Below are positions 39,666 to 48,872 of a DNA stretch of 64,000 bases, in pieces. A program made the position numbers and the translations under genes. The stretch's first letter is position 1, and the number at the start of each line of letters is the position of its first letter. The DNA is from an uncultured Flavobacteriales bacterium (GTDB taxonomy: Bacteria > Bacteroidota > Bacteroidia > Flavobacteriales > UBA7312). The stretch is from positions 33,485 through 97,484 of the forward strand of contig CAJWWC010000002.1 in NCBI GenBank assembly GCA_913048435.1, written 5' to 3'. The notes under the pieces are model-generated. The model saw only the letters and a program-made list of their open reading frames with translations, did no database searches and had not been told where the DNA came from.

Positions 39666-39696
39666 AAAATATTAATCTATTATAACTAATTATATT

Positions 39697-40155
39697 ATGA
39701 AAAAAATGCTTTTAACAGCAGCAGTAGTTTTTTCAACTTTGATAGCTTCTGCTCAATTTATGGTAACTGCAGATTTAGATCTTGAAGATTTTGATGCTGA
39801 GAACCTTACTGAGACTACAGACTTTGGTTTTGGTTACACATTTAACGAAACATGGACTGTTGGTGCTATGATTATGGCTGAAGGAGTTCATGAAGATGAA
39901 ACTGAAGAAGAACATGCTGATCATGCAGATGAAGAAGATATGAGATTATTTGTTCGTTACAACATGAACAACATTTATCTAACTGCAAACACTACAACAG
40001 AAGATTTTTCAGATAATTTAAGATTTGGAGCTGGATATAGTTTTGCTGCATTTGGCAATCTTTATATAGAACCAAATTATACCATGGATTTGTCAACTGA
40101 TGATGGTGATGAAAGAAATGGAACTTTCAAGTTAGGTTTAGCTTACAGATTCTAA
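39697..40155 (+). CDS. Small acidic outer-membrane beta-barrel-like protein with a His/Glu/Asp-rich loop
   Basis: Signal peptide ...LIASAQ, amphipathic strands (FGFGYTF, WTVGAMIMA, RLFVRYN, LRFGAGYSF), and C-terminal FKLGLAYRF. Insert: HEDETEEEHADHADEEDM. Confidence 0.5.
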   Translation: MKKMLLTAAVVFSTLIASAQFMVTADLDLEDFDAENLTETTDFGFGYTFNETWTVGAMIMAEGVHEDETEEEHADHADEEDMRLFVRYNMNNIYLTANTTTEDFSDNLRFGAGYSFAAFGNLYIEPNYTMDLSTDDGDERNGTFKLGLAYRF

Positions 40156-40171
40156 ACTTAGTTTTAAATTT

Positions 40172-40208
40172 AAAAAAAAGTGTGTCATAAATGATGCACT
40201 TTTTTTTT
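40172..40208 (+). terminator. Hairpin terminator after the small OMP gene
   Basis: AAAAAAAAGTG-tg-TCAT-aa-ATGA-tg-CAC followed by T9. It is an interrupted stem with flanking A and T tracts. Confidence 0.5.
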
Positions 40209-40258
40209 CTCCAATACTAACTAATTAGTTAAATTTGTATTCATTTAAAAAAAAAATT

Positions 40259-40948
40259 ATGATTTGGTTAATTATTATATTCTTTATGATTTTGGGTGGA
40301 ATTGTTAGCAGCCGTCTTAAAAATAAATTCAAAAAATACTCCTTAATTCCATTATCCAATGGAATGACTGGTAAAGATGTTGCTGAAAAAATGTTAGCAG
40401 ACCATAATATCACAAATGTGAAAGTAGTGTCTGTGCCCGGAAAATTAACAGACCACTATAATCCACAAGACAGAACAGTTAACCTAAGCCCCGAAGTCTT
40501 TAACAATTGTAGTGTAGCTTCTGCTGCGGTCGCCGCTCATGAGTGTGGTCATGCTCTTCAGCATGCAACTGCTTACTCTTGGCTACAAATGCGTTCTGCC
40601 ATGGTACCTGCAGTTGCATTTAGCACCAAAATGTTAAATTTTATTTTCATTATGATGTTTTTAGGTGCTGGTTTTTTAGGCTGGTTTGGTATGGATACTG
40701 CCTTAATAACAGTCATTATTTTTCAATCAGCGATAACTCTTTTTACTTTAGTAACTTTACCGGTTGAATTTGATGCATCGAATAGAGCTTTGGTATGGCT
40801 TAACAGAAAAAATATTACAAATCAACAAAACCACCCATTAGCTACAGATGCTTTAAAATGGGCCGCTGGGACGTATGTAGTTGCTGCTTTAGCATCTTTA
40901 ACACAACTGGCTTACTACATAATGCTTTTTCTAGGCAATAGAGATTAA
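40259..40948 (+). CDS. Membrane zinc metallopeptidase (Zn_peptidase_2 / YpfJ-unrelated PF04298-type)
   Basis: HECGHALQH motif, an N-terminal TM helix MIWLIIIFFMILGGIV, and C-terminal TM helices. The track start at 40235 falls inside a TAAATTTG box (40230..40237), so ATG 40259 is preferred. Confidence 0.75.
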   Translation: MIWLIIIFFMILGGIVSSRLKNKFKKYSLIPLSNGMTGKDVAEKMLADHNITNVKVVSVPGKLTDHYNPQDRTVNLSPEVFNNCSVASAAVAAHECGHALQHATAYSWLQMRSAMVPAVAFSTKMLNFIFIMMFLGAGFLGWFGMDTALITVIIFQSAITLFTLVTLPVEFDASNRALVWLNRKNITNQQNHPLATDALKWAAGTYVVAALASLTQLAYYIMLFLGNRD

Positions 40949-40966
40949 ATTTATTTTATTGCATTA

Positions 40967-40999
40967 AACCTTGCTAATTTTTAGTAAGGTTTTTTTTTA
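40967..40999 (+). terminator. Rho-independent terminator
   Basis: AACCTTGCTA-atttt-TAGTAAGGTT (10-bp stem with one G.U pair) followed by a T8 run. Confidence 0.55.
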
Positions 41000-41061
41000 T
41001 TTGGTTTTTTAAGACAAATTAATTGTCGAAATTTGTACTTAAATTATATATATTCCATAAT

Positions 41062-44000
41062 ATGTTAAAGACTTTTTATTTTTCATTAATATTTCTACTG
41101 ACTGTAAATTTTGCTTATGCCCAAAAAAATTGGGCACAAGATATTCATAACGATGAAAAATCTTTATATGAATTACAAGAATCCTTTGAAAATTACTGGC
41201 AAGATAAAATCATTGGTAAAGGTAAAGGATGGAAACCGTTTAAAAGAAGAGAAGCATTTATGGAACCCCGAGTATTTCCTTCAGGATTTTTTCCCTACGA
41301 AAAATTATATGTTGAGTATAATAAACTAAAAAATCAGCCCAAGAATACTTTTCAGACAACGTACGAAGCCAATTGGCAAGCTTTCGGCCCTACTGATGTT
41401 CCTCTACAAAATAGTGGTAGAAAAAGAGGCGTTGGCAGAATTAATAATGTAACTTTTGATCCAAATAACGATAATATTTTATGGGTAGGATCTCCATCAG
41501 GTGGTCTTTGGAAATCTATTGATGGTGGTCAAAACTGGACATCTAATACTGATTTATTACCAAATTTGGGCGTTTCTGATATTGCTATTGATCCCTCTAA
41601 CTCAAATATAATGTACATTATTACAGGTGATAGAGATTCAGATGACACTTATGCTTATGGATTAATGAAATCCACAGATGGTGGTGAAAGTTGGAATTCT
41701 ACTGGACTATCTTTCAACATTAATAGTGCATATAGAGGAAATAGAATACTAATTAATCCAAATAACACAAATATTTTAATTGTTTCTACTAGAAAATCTG
41801 GATATGGTGAGACCTATCGTTCGATTGATGGTGGCAACAATTGGGAATTAGTTCTTCAAGGACCAAATTTGATATCCATGGAATTTAACACAATAAATTC
41901 CAATCATATATACGCTGTAACTACTGGTACTAGTAAATACTATCGCTCCTTCGATAATGGACAAACATGGAGCAATGTTACCAATAATTCAGGACTTCCA
42001 AACTCTGGAAATGCCAGAGGAATAGTGGCAGTAACAACTGCAAACCCAAATGTTGTATATATTCTTTACAGTAATGGAGGAGGGGGGTTTGGAGGTATTT
42101 ATAAATCGACTGATGGAGGTTACACTTTTACACTTCAGTCAGACATGCCAAATATTTTAAGTTGGGAAGTTGATGGTTCTGGAGAAGGTGGACAAGGAAC
42201 CTATGATCTAGCTCTTGCTGTGTCTCCTATTAATGAAAATATAATTTACATTGGAGGAATTAATATATGGAAATCCACAAACGGTGGCGCAGATTTTAAC
42301 ATAAGTAGCCATTGGTATGGAGCTGACGGAATTGAATATGCCCATGCCGATCAACATATTCTAAAATTTAATCCATCAAACAATATACTATATGCTGGAA
42401 ATGATGGTGGATTATACAAAACCGAAAACAACGGTCAAAACTGGACTGATATTAGTGATGGCTTGCAAATAACGCAATTTTACAAAATAGGTATATCTCA
42501 AACTGATTATGGTCTTTTACTTGGAGGCACTCAGGATAATGGGACCCTTAGAGGTAATTATCAGAATGATTGGGATGCTGTAAGAGGTGGTGATGGAATG
42601 GAATGCGCCATTGATCCAACAAATCCTTCAATTATGTATTCAGAGCTTTATTATGGTGATATAGCTATTTCTACAAATGGAGGTCAAAATTGGGATAATA
42701 TTGCTCCTGACAGTGACGGAGCATGGATTACACCCTACGAGATTGACCAAAACAATCCAAACAGGATAATAATTGGATATGATGTATTGTATGAAAGTTT
42801 AGATTATGGAACTAGTTGGAGTACAATTTCTGAAACATTTAATAATTCTGGAAATATTGATGTAATCGCTCTATCAAATTCAAATTCTGATGTAATATTA
42901 GTTTCCGAAACAAACAAACTATACAAAACTACAGACGGTGGTATTAATTGGCAAAATATTAGTTCAGGGCTTCCGAATCGAACAATTACTGACATAACAA
43001 TTCATCCAAACAATGAGAATAGAGTTTGGATTACCTTTTCTGGATACTCTGATAATGATAAAGTTTTCTACACCAATGATTTAGGTCAGAATTGGATGAA
43101 TATTTCATATGATTTACCTAATCTTCCGACTAATTGTATTTTATTTTACGAACCTAATGAAACTTTATTTATTGGGACCGATATTGGAGTTTTTTACAGA
43201 GATAGTTCAATGATCAATTGGGAAATGTTTAATCAAGGATTGCCAAATGTAATTGTAACTGAATTGGAGCATCATATCAATTCCAATAAATTATTTGCCG
43301 CTACATATGGTAGAGGTGTATGGGTTAGTGACCTACCAGCGACAGCTCCTCCTATTGCTTCATTTGACTTCACGATTGTTGATGAATGTGCTGGAATTGT
43401 TAATTTTAACAATAATTCAATAAACGCATCATCTACAGAATGGATTTTTGGTGATAGTTCTGATAATTCAATTGAAAATAATACTACACATCAATTTGTT
43501 GTAGATGGCAATTATGATGTAACGTTAATTGTAAACAATATTTTAGGTTCTGATTCCATTTCACAAACAATTAATATAGATGTAATAGATCTTCCATCCA
43601 TTATCGAAAATGAAAGTTGTACACCATCAGCACTTGAACTATTTGCTGAAAGCAATAATTCTAATTCAGTAATTAATTGGTTTGATAGTCCAAGCAATGG
43701 AAATTTATTATATACTGGCAATACTTACACTACTGACATCCTGTACGAGACTACATCTTTCTATGTTTCATCATCTGAAGAAATTAGTTCGTCAAATATT
43801 GGAGAAATTCAACATCTAGGAGATAATGAATATAGTGGTTCGTCTAACAGTTCTGGTGGACTAGTTTTTGATGTATACAAAAGTTTTATTTTAGAATCAG
43901 TTGATGTTTACACAAATCAAGCAGGAGAACGTAAAATAATATTGTTAGATGATGACAACAATATTATTGCTGAACAAACTGAATACATTCCACAATCAAA

Positions 44001-45213
44001 TAATGAACCATATACAATTGTTTTGAATTTTCAAATAAGCCCCGGTTTGAATTATCAATTAGCAACTGATGATAATACAAACATTGAAAATTTTGGAGGG
44101 ACTAATCCACAATTGAAAAGAACAAGTAATGATATTCAGTTATTTTTTCCATATGTTTTTAATGACGTAATTAGTTTAAATAGCTCATACTGGTACACTG
44201 GAGAAGAATTCTTGACAAATTATTACTATTATTTCTATAATTGGAATGTTAAAGAAATTTGTTCAAGTCCTCTTAGTGAAGTAGTGGCTAAAATAGGTAG
44301 TAACGAAGATTTAACAATTAGCGTTGATGAATGCCAATACGACAGCTTAATAATTAGTGCAACAGGAAACTTTACATCTTACGAATGGAATGATGGATCT
44401 AATCAATCATCTTTAACAATTTACGATAGTGGGGAATATACTGTTAATGTACTTGATTCATTAGGATGTATAGCCTCAGAAACTATAAACATTCCATCGC
44501 TTCAATCCTTCACAATTAATGCAAACGAAATCTTGTGTGAAGGGAGTTCTATTTACCTTCAATGTCCCTCTGGACTAATTTCTTATGAGTGGAATACTGG
44601 TGAAAATACTAATGTTATTTCTATTAATTCTGAAGGGGTTTACAATGTTAGCGCTGTTGATATTGATGGCTGTGTCGTTGAGGATGAAATTGAAATAATT
44701 TCAGTAAATCCCATTCAAGTCAATATACAAACTGAAATGGATTCTCTTGTAATATGTAGAGATACTGAATTTTCTTTTAACATTTCATCATCATATGTTA
44801 ATGCTGTTTGGAATAACAGCTTTTCGGATTTATCTTATAATGATGTAGCGTCAAATTTGGGTGAAAACTTAATAACGGTAATTGCTAAAGATGAAAATGG
44901 CTGTTATTCTAACGATACAATTATTTTAAAAGTTGTTGACTGCACATCAATAGATGAATTTTCATTAAAAACAACAATATTTCCTAACCCAACAACAGGT
45001 CAATTTATAGTTAAAGATGTTTCGTTAAATAATGATATTCAAAGAATCAAATTATTAGATTTACAAGGAAGAATAATTCAACAAAGGAAAGGAAATTATA
45101 ATAATGGTATTTTAAAGGAAAAATTTGATTTGAGCAATTTCGTTTCAGGAATCTATCTTATCGAACTATTAACACTTAAAGGCAAAGCTGTAAAGAAAGT
45201 TATATTAAACTAA
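41062..45213 (+). CDS. Very large BNR/Asp-box (sortilin/VPS10-like beta-propeller) protein with PKD-like and Cys-bracketed Ig-like repeats and T9SS C-terminal sorting domain
   Basis: Start at MLKTFYFSLIFLLTVNFAYAQ. More than ten S-x-D-x-G-x-x-W boxes (SIDGGQNW, STDGGESW, SIDGGNNW, SFDNGQTW, STNGGADF, TENNGQNW, STNGGQNW, SLDYGTSW, TTDGGINW, TNDLGQNW). CTD IFPNPTTGQFIV...GIYLIELLTLKGKAVKKVILN. Confidence 0.8.
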   Translation: MLKTFYFSLIFLLTVNFAYAQKNWAQDIHNDEKSLYELQESFENYWQDKIIGKGKGWKPFKRREAFMEPRVFPSGFFPYEKLYVEYNKLKNQPKNTFQTTYEANWQAFGPTDVPLQNSGRKRGVGRINNVTFDPNNDNILWVGSPSGGLWKSIDGGQNWTSNTDLLPNLGVSDIAIDPSNSNIMYIITGDRDSDDTYAYGLMKSTDGGESWNSTGLSFNINSAYRGNRILINPNNTNILIVSTRKSGYGETYRSIDGGNNWELVLQGPNLISMEFNTINSNHIYAVTTGTSKYYRSFDNGQTWSNVTNNSGLPNSGNARGIVAVTTANPNVVYILYSNGGGGFGGIYKSTDGGYTFTLQSDMPNILSWEVDGSGEGGQGTYDLALAVSPINENIIYIGGINIWKSTNGGADFNISSHWYGADGIEYAHADQHILKFNPSNNILYAGNDGGLYKTENNGQNWTDISDGLQITQFYKIGISQTDYGLLLGGTQDNGTLRGNYQNDWDAVRGGDGMECAIDPTNPSIMYSELYYGDIAISTNGGQNWDNIAPDSDGAWITPYEIDQNNPNRIIIGYDVLYESLDYGTSWSTISETFNNSGNIDVIALSNSNSDVILVSETNKLYKTTDGGINWQNISSGLPNRTITDITIHPNNENRVWITFSGYSDNDKVFYTNDLGQNWMNISYDLPNLPTNCILFYEPNETLFIGTDIGVFYRDSSMINWEMFNQGLPNVIVTELEHHINSNKLFAATYGRGVWVSDLPATAPPIASFDFTIVDECAGIVNFNNNSINASSTEWIFGDSSDNSIENNTTHQFVVDGNYDVTLIVNNILGSDSISQTINIDVIDLPSIIENESCTPSALELFAESNNSNSVINWFDSPSNGNLLYTGNTYTTDILYETTSFYVSSSEEISSSNIGEIQHLGDNEYSGSSNSSGGLVFDVYKSFILESVDVYTNQAGERKIILLDDDNNIIAEQTEYIPQSNNEPYTIVLNFQISPGLNYQLATDDNTNIENFGGTNPQLKRTSNDIQLFFPYVFNDVISLNSSYWYTGEEFLTNYYYYFYNWNVKEICSSPLSEVVAKIGSNEDLTISVDECQYDSLIISATGNFTSYEWNDGSNQSSLTIYDSGEYTVNVLDSLGCIASETINIPSLQSFTINANEILCEGSSIYLQCPSGLISYEWNTGENTNVISINSEGVYNVSAVDIDGCVVEDEIEIISVNPIQVNIQTEMDSLVICRDTEFSFNISSSYVNAVWNNSFSDLSYNDVASNLGENLITVIAKDENGCYSNDTIILKVVDCTSIDEFSLKTTIFPNPTTGQFIVKDVSLNNDIQRIKLLDLQGRIIQQRKGNYNNGILKEKFDLSNFVSGIYLIELLTLKGKAVKKVILN

Positions 45214-45214
45214 T

Positions 45215-46621
45215 CTAAACAAAAATCTTTTTAGGATTAAGAATATTATTTGGATCAAATATAGATTTTATACCTTTTTGAATAGCGATATTCTCTTTAT
45301 CAAAAGCAATATCCAAATATTGTTTTTGAACAAATCCTATTCCGTGCTCACCACTTATCGTACCGCCGAGACTAACAGTTAATTCAAAAATTTCTCGAAT
45401 ACCCTTGGTCAGATCTTCATTCCATGCTTTATCGCTCATATCACCCTTAATGATATTTATATGTAGATTACCATCACCGGCATGTCCATAACATACAGAT
45501 TTAAATCCATACTTGTTGCCAATAGACTTTACCCCTATCAATAAATTAGGTAATTCTGCTCTAGGAACAACTGTATCTTCTTCTTTGTAAATACTGTTAC
45601 TCTTAACAGCTTCACCAACTGATCTTCTCATTTTCCATAGCTGTTCTTTTTGTAATGCGGAGTCAGCAAATAATATTTGGTCACAGTCATATTGCTCCAT
45701 TACTTTTGTAATTTTTTCACAATCATTAAAAAGTATGTCTATGTCATTACCATCCACTTCAACCAATAAGTGAGCTTGTATATCCTCGTTGATAGGTACA
45801 TTAATATCTGTAAATTTTAGAGTCCAATCGATAGCATCTCTTTCCATGAATTCAAGGGCAGAGGGTGTAATACCATCTCTGAAAACAGCTGAAACAGCCT
45901 CACAAGCCTTTTCTGCAGAACGAAATGGTACCAAAAGCGTAAGGTCATGCAATGGGTGAGGAATAAGCTTGAAAATAATTTTTGTAATGACGCCTAAAGT
46001 TCCTTCACTTCCCACCATTAGTTGAGTTAAATTATAACCCGTAGAATTTTTCAAAACATTAGCTCCTGTCCAAATAACATCTCCTGAAGCTAATACTACT
46101 TCTAAGTTTAAAACATAATCTTTTGTCACCCCATACTTAAGTGCTTTTGGACCACCTGAATTTTCGGCTAAATTACCGCCAAGAAAACTACTACCCTTAC
46201 TTGCAGGATCAGGAGGATAAAACAAACCTTTAGCTTTTACAGCATCTTTAAAAACTTGATTGATCACTCCAGGTTCAACAGTAGCTTGTAAGTTACGCTC
46301 GTCAATTTCTATTATTTTATTAAAACGCTCCATACTCATAGATACACCACCACAAACTGGCAATGAACCTCCACTCAAGCCTGTTCTAGCACCGCATGGA
46401 GTTATGGAAATATTATGCTCGTTGCAATACTTCATTATCATAGAAATATCTTTCGTGTTGCATGGTTTTAAAACGATTTCAGGTAAAAACTTTAAATCTT
46501 CAGTTTCGTCATGAGAGTAATCACTTAAACTTTCATCGTCGACAAAGATTCCTTTTTCATCTAAAAAAGAATTAAAAAAATCCAAATCTTCTGCGCTTAT
46601 CTTCTTGTATCCTATTTCCAT
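45215..46621 (-). CDS. FAD-linked oxidase (GlcD / D-lactate dehydrogenase family)
   Basis: PCGARTGLSGGSLP, NQVFKDAVKAKGLFYPPDPAS, GSEGTLGVITK and GEHGIGFVQKQYL. Start at MEIGYKK (46621) is preferred over 46651. Confidence 0.85.
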   Translation of the reverse strand: MEIGYKKISAEDLDFFNSFLDEKGIFVDDESLSDYSHDETEDLKFLPEIVLKPCNTKDISMIMKYCNEHNISITPCGARTGLSGGSLPVCGGVSMSMERFNKIIEIDERNLQATVEPGVINQVFKDAVKAKGLFYPPDPASKGSSFLGGNLAENSGGPKALKYGVTKDYVLNLEVVLASGDVIWTGANVLKNSTGYNLTQLMVGSEGTLGVITKIIFKLIPHPLHDLTLLVPFRSAEKACEAVSAVFRDGITPSALEFMERDAIDWTLKFTDINVPINEDIQAHLLVEVDGNDIDILFNDCEKITKVMEQYDCDQILFADSALQKEQLWKMRRSVGEAVKSNSIYKEEDTVVPRAELPNLLIGVKSIGNKYGFKSVCYGHAGDGNLHINIIKGDMSDKAWNEDLTKGIREIFELTVSLGGTISGEHGIGFVQKQYLDIAFDKENIAIQKGIKSIFDPNNILNPKKIFV

Positions 46622-46673
46622 AATTATAGCAAAATTAAGTAAATTCGCCATACTCTAAAAACATAAAAAATAT

Positions 46674-48824
46674 ATGAGAAAGATTTATCTAATATTAATG
46701 TTTCCTTTAGTTTTATTCGCTCAGAAAAAAGAGGTAACACTTGAAAATATTTGGCAAACCTACGATTTCTATCCTAAATCAGTGAGTGGTTTCAACTCCA
46801 TGCATGATGGAAAATATTACAGTAAATTAGATAAAAAGGGAGATAACTCACAAATCAACAAGTATAGTTTTCGTACAGGTCAGAAAACTCTCACACTTGT
46901 TGATTCTAAAAATATAGAAATAAAAATCAACAACTATACTTTTTCAAAAGATGAAAAGAAAGTTCTTTTCGCAAATGAAACTGAAAAAATTTATAGATAT
47001 AGTTCAAAATCAATTTACCACATCTACAACTTGAAAACTAAAAAACTAGAAAAATTAAGTGATGATAAAGTAATGTATGCTGATTTCTCACCATCTGGAG
47101 ACAAAGTAGCTTATGTCAATTCCAATAACCTTTTTGTTAAAGATTTATCCAATGACAAGACCATTCAGATAACTACGGATGGAAAGCTAAACCAAATTAT
47201 TAATGGAGCCACCGACTGGGTTTATGAAGAAGAGTTTGGTTTAACACAAGCTTTCTTTTGGTCTCCTGATGAAAATAAAATTGCCTTTTACAAATTCGAT
47301 GAAAGTAAAGTTAAAGAATTTTCTATGGATATGTTTAATAATGAACTTTACCCTAGTCAATATCAATTTAAATATCCAAAAGCCGGAGAAGACAATTCAA
47401 AATTAAGTATTCATATTTATAATTTTGATTATGGGGAAACCACAACAATTAATTTAAATCAATCATATGAGTATATCCCAAGAATGAATTGGACTAAGTC
47501 AAACGACTTACTCTATATACTTGGAATGAATAGACATCAAAATGAGTTGGATTTTATTCTTTACAACACAAAAAATTATTCATCTGAAATACTATTCTCA
47601 GAAAAAGACAAATATTATATCGAAGTTCACAACAATATTAACTTTACAGATGATGGCCAAAGTCTAATTTGGACTTCAGAAAAAAGTGGCTTTAACCACA
47701 TATATTTAATCAATTTAAAAAATGGACATAGTCAGCAAGTCACTAATGGTAATTGGGAGGTTACCAAATACCACGGGATAAACCAAGATAACAACAAAGT
47801 TTTTTATACCTCAAATGAAGAAGGCACCATTAACAAAAGTCTTTATTGCATTAAATTAGACGGAAGTGATAAAACTAAACTATCGAAAAATTTAGGAACA
47901 CATTCAAGCATATTTAGTAGTGGTATGAAATACTATTCAAACACCTATTCTACAGCTAATACCCCACCTTACATTAGCCTTCACGACTATTCTGGAAAAG
48001 AAATAAGAGTATTGGAAGATAATGCAGATTTATCTAACAAAATGGAAGAGTTTGATTTGACAAAAAAGGAGTTCTTTTCATTTACAACCTCTGAAGAAAT
48101 AAAACTTAATGGGTGGATGATTAAACCACCGAACTTTGACCCCAATAAACAATATCCTGTTTTTATGTTTTTGTATGGAGGTCCAGGCTCACAACAAGTG
48201 GTTAACTCATGGGGCTGGTTTAATTACTTTTGGCATCAACACCTAGCTCAAAAAGGATATATCATAGCATGTGTAGATAATCGAGGCACTGGAGGTAGAG
48301 GTACTGAATTCAAAAAGATGACCTATCTTCAACTAGGGAAGTATGAAACCATTGACCAAATAGAAGCCAATAGATACTTAGCTAAATTACCCTACGTTAA
48401 TGAAAATAGAATAGGAATCCAAGGGTGGAGCTATGGTGGCTATATGTCTTCATTAGCCATTACTAAGGGCGCTGATTTCTTCAAAATGGCTATAGCTGTT
48501 GCACCAGTTACAAATTGGCGATATTACGACAATATATATACCGAAAGATATATGCGTACTCCAAAAGAAAACGCATCAGGCTATGATGAAAACTCACCAA
48601 TAAATCACGTTGATAGTCTTAAGGGCAATTATTTACTTATTCATGGAACTGCTGACGATAATGTTCATGTTCAAAATACCTACGAAATGGTTTCTGCACT
48701 TGTTAATGCAAATAAACAATTTGATTTGTTCGTTTATCCTGATAAAAATCATGGAATTTATGGTGGTAATACTAGATTACATTTATATAAATTGATGACA
48801 GACTACATATTTGAGAATTTATAA
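46674..48824 (+). CDS. Dipeptidyl-peptidase IV (S9B serine peptidase)
   Basis: Signal peptide, DWVYEEEF propeller motif, catalytic GWSYGGY, and downstream HGTADDNVH. Confidence 0.9.
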   Translation: MRKIYLILMFPLVLFAQKKEVTLENIWQTYDFYPKSVSGFNSMHDGKYYSKLDKKGDNSQINKYSFRTGQKTLTLVDSKNIEIKINNYTFSKDEKKVLFANETEKIYRYSSKSIYHIYNLKTKKLEKLSDDKVMYADFSPSGDKVAYVNSNNLFVKDLSNDKTIQITTDGKLNQIINGATDWVYEEEFGLTQAFFWSPDENKIAFYKFDESKVKEFSMDMFNNELYPSQYQFKYPKAGEDNSKLSIHIYNFDYGETTTINLNQSYEYIPRMNWTKSNDLLYILGMNRHQNELDFILYNTKNYSSEILFSEKDKYYIEVHNNINFTDDGQSLIWTSEKSGFNHIYLINLKNGHSQQVTNGNWEVTKYHGINQDNNKVFYTSNEEGTINKSLYCIKLDGSDKTKLSKNLGTHSSIFSSGMKYYSNTYSTANTPPYISLHDYSGKEIRVLEDNADLSNKMEEFDLTKKEFFSFTTSEEIKLNGWMIKPPNFDPNKQYPVFMFLYGGPGSQQVVNSWGWFNYFWHQHLAQKGYIIACVDNRGTGGRGTEFKKMTYLQLGKYETIDQIEANRYLAKLPYVNENRIGIQGWSYGGYMSSLAITKGADFFKMAIAVAPVTNWRYYDNIYTERYMRTPKENASGYDENSPINHVDSLKGNYLLIHGTADDNVHVQNTYEMVSALVNANKQFDLFVYPDKNHGIYGGNTRLHLYKLMTDYIFENL

Positions 48825-48872
48825 GTTAATAAATTAGTATATTCGACCAGTTAATTTTAAAAAAACCAAACT

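Noticed and set aside
40247-40256. A10 tract just upstream of the Zn-peptidase ATG as a phase-variation switch
   Set aside because: It lies outside the coding region, in a genome where long A/T runs are common in intergenic DNA (for example near 4990 and 39545). Nothing specific supports slipped-strand regulation.
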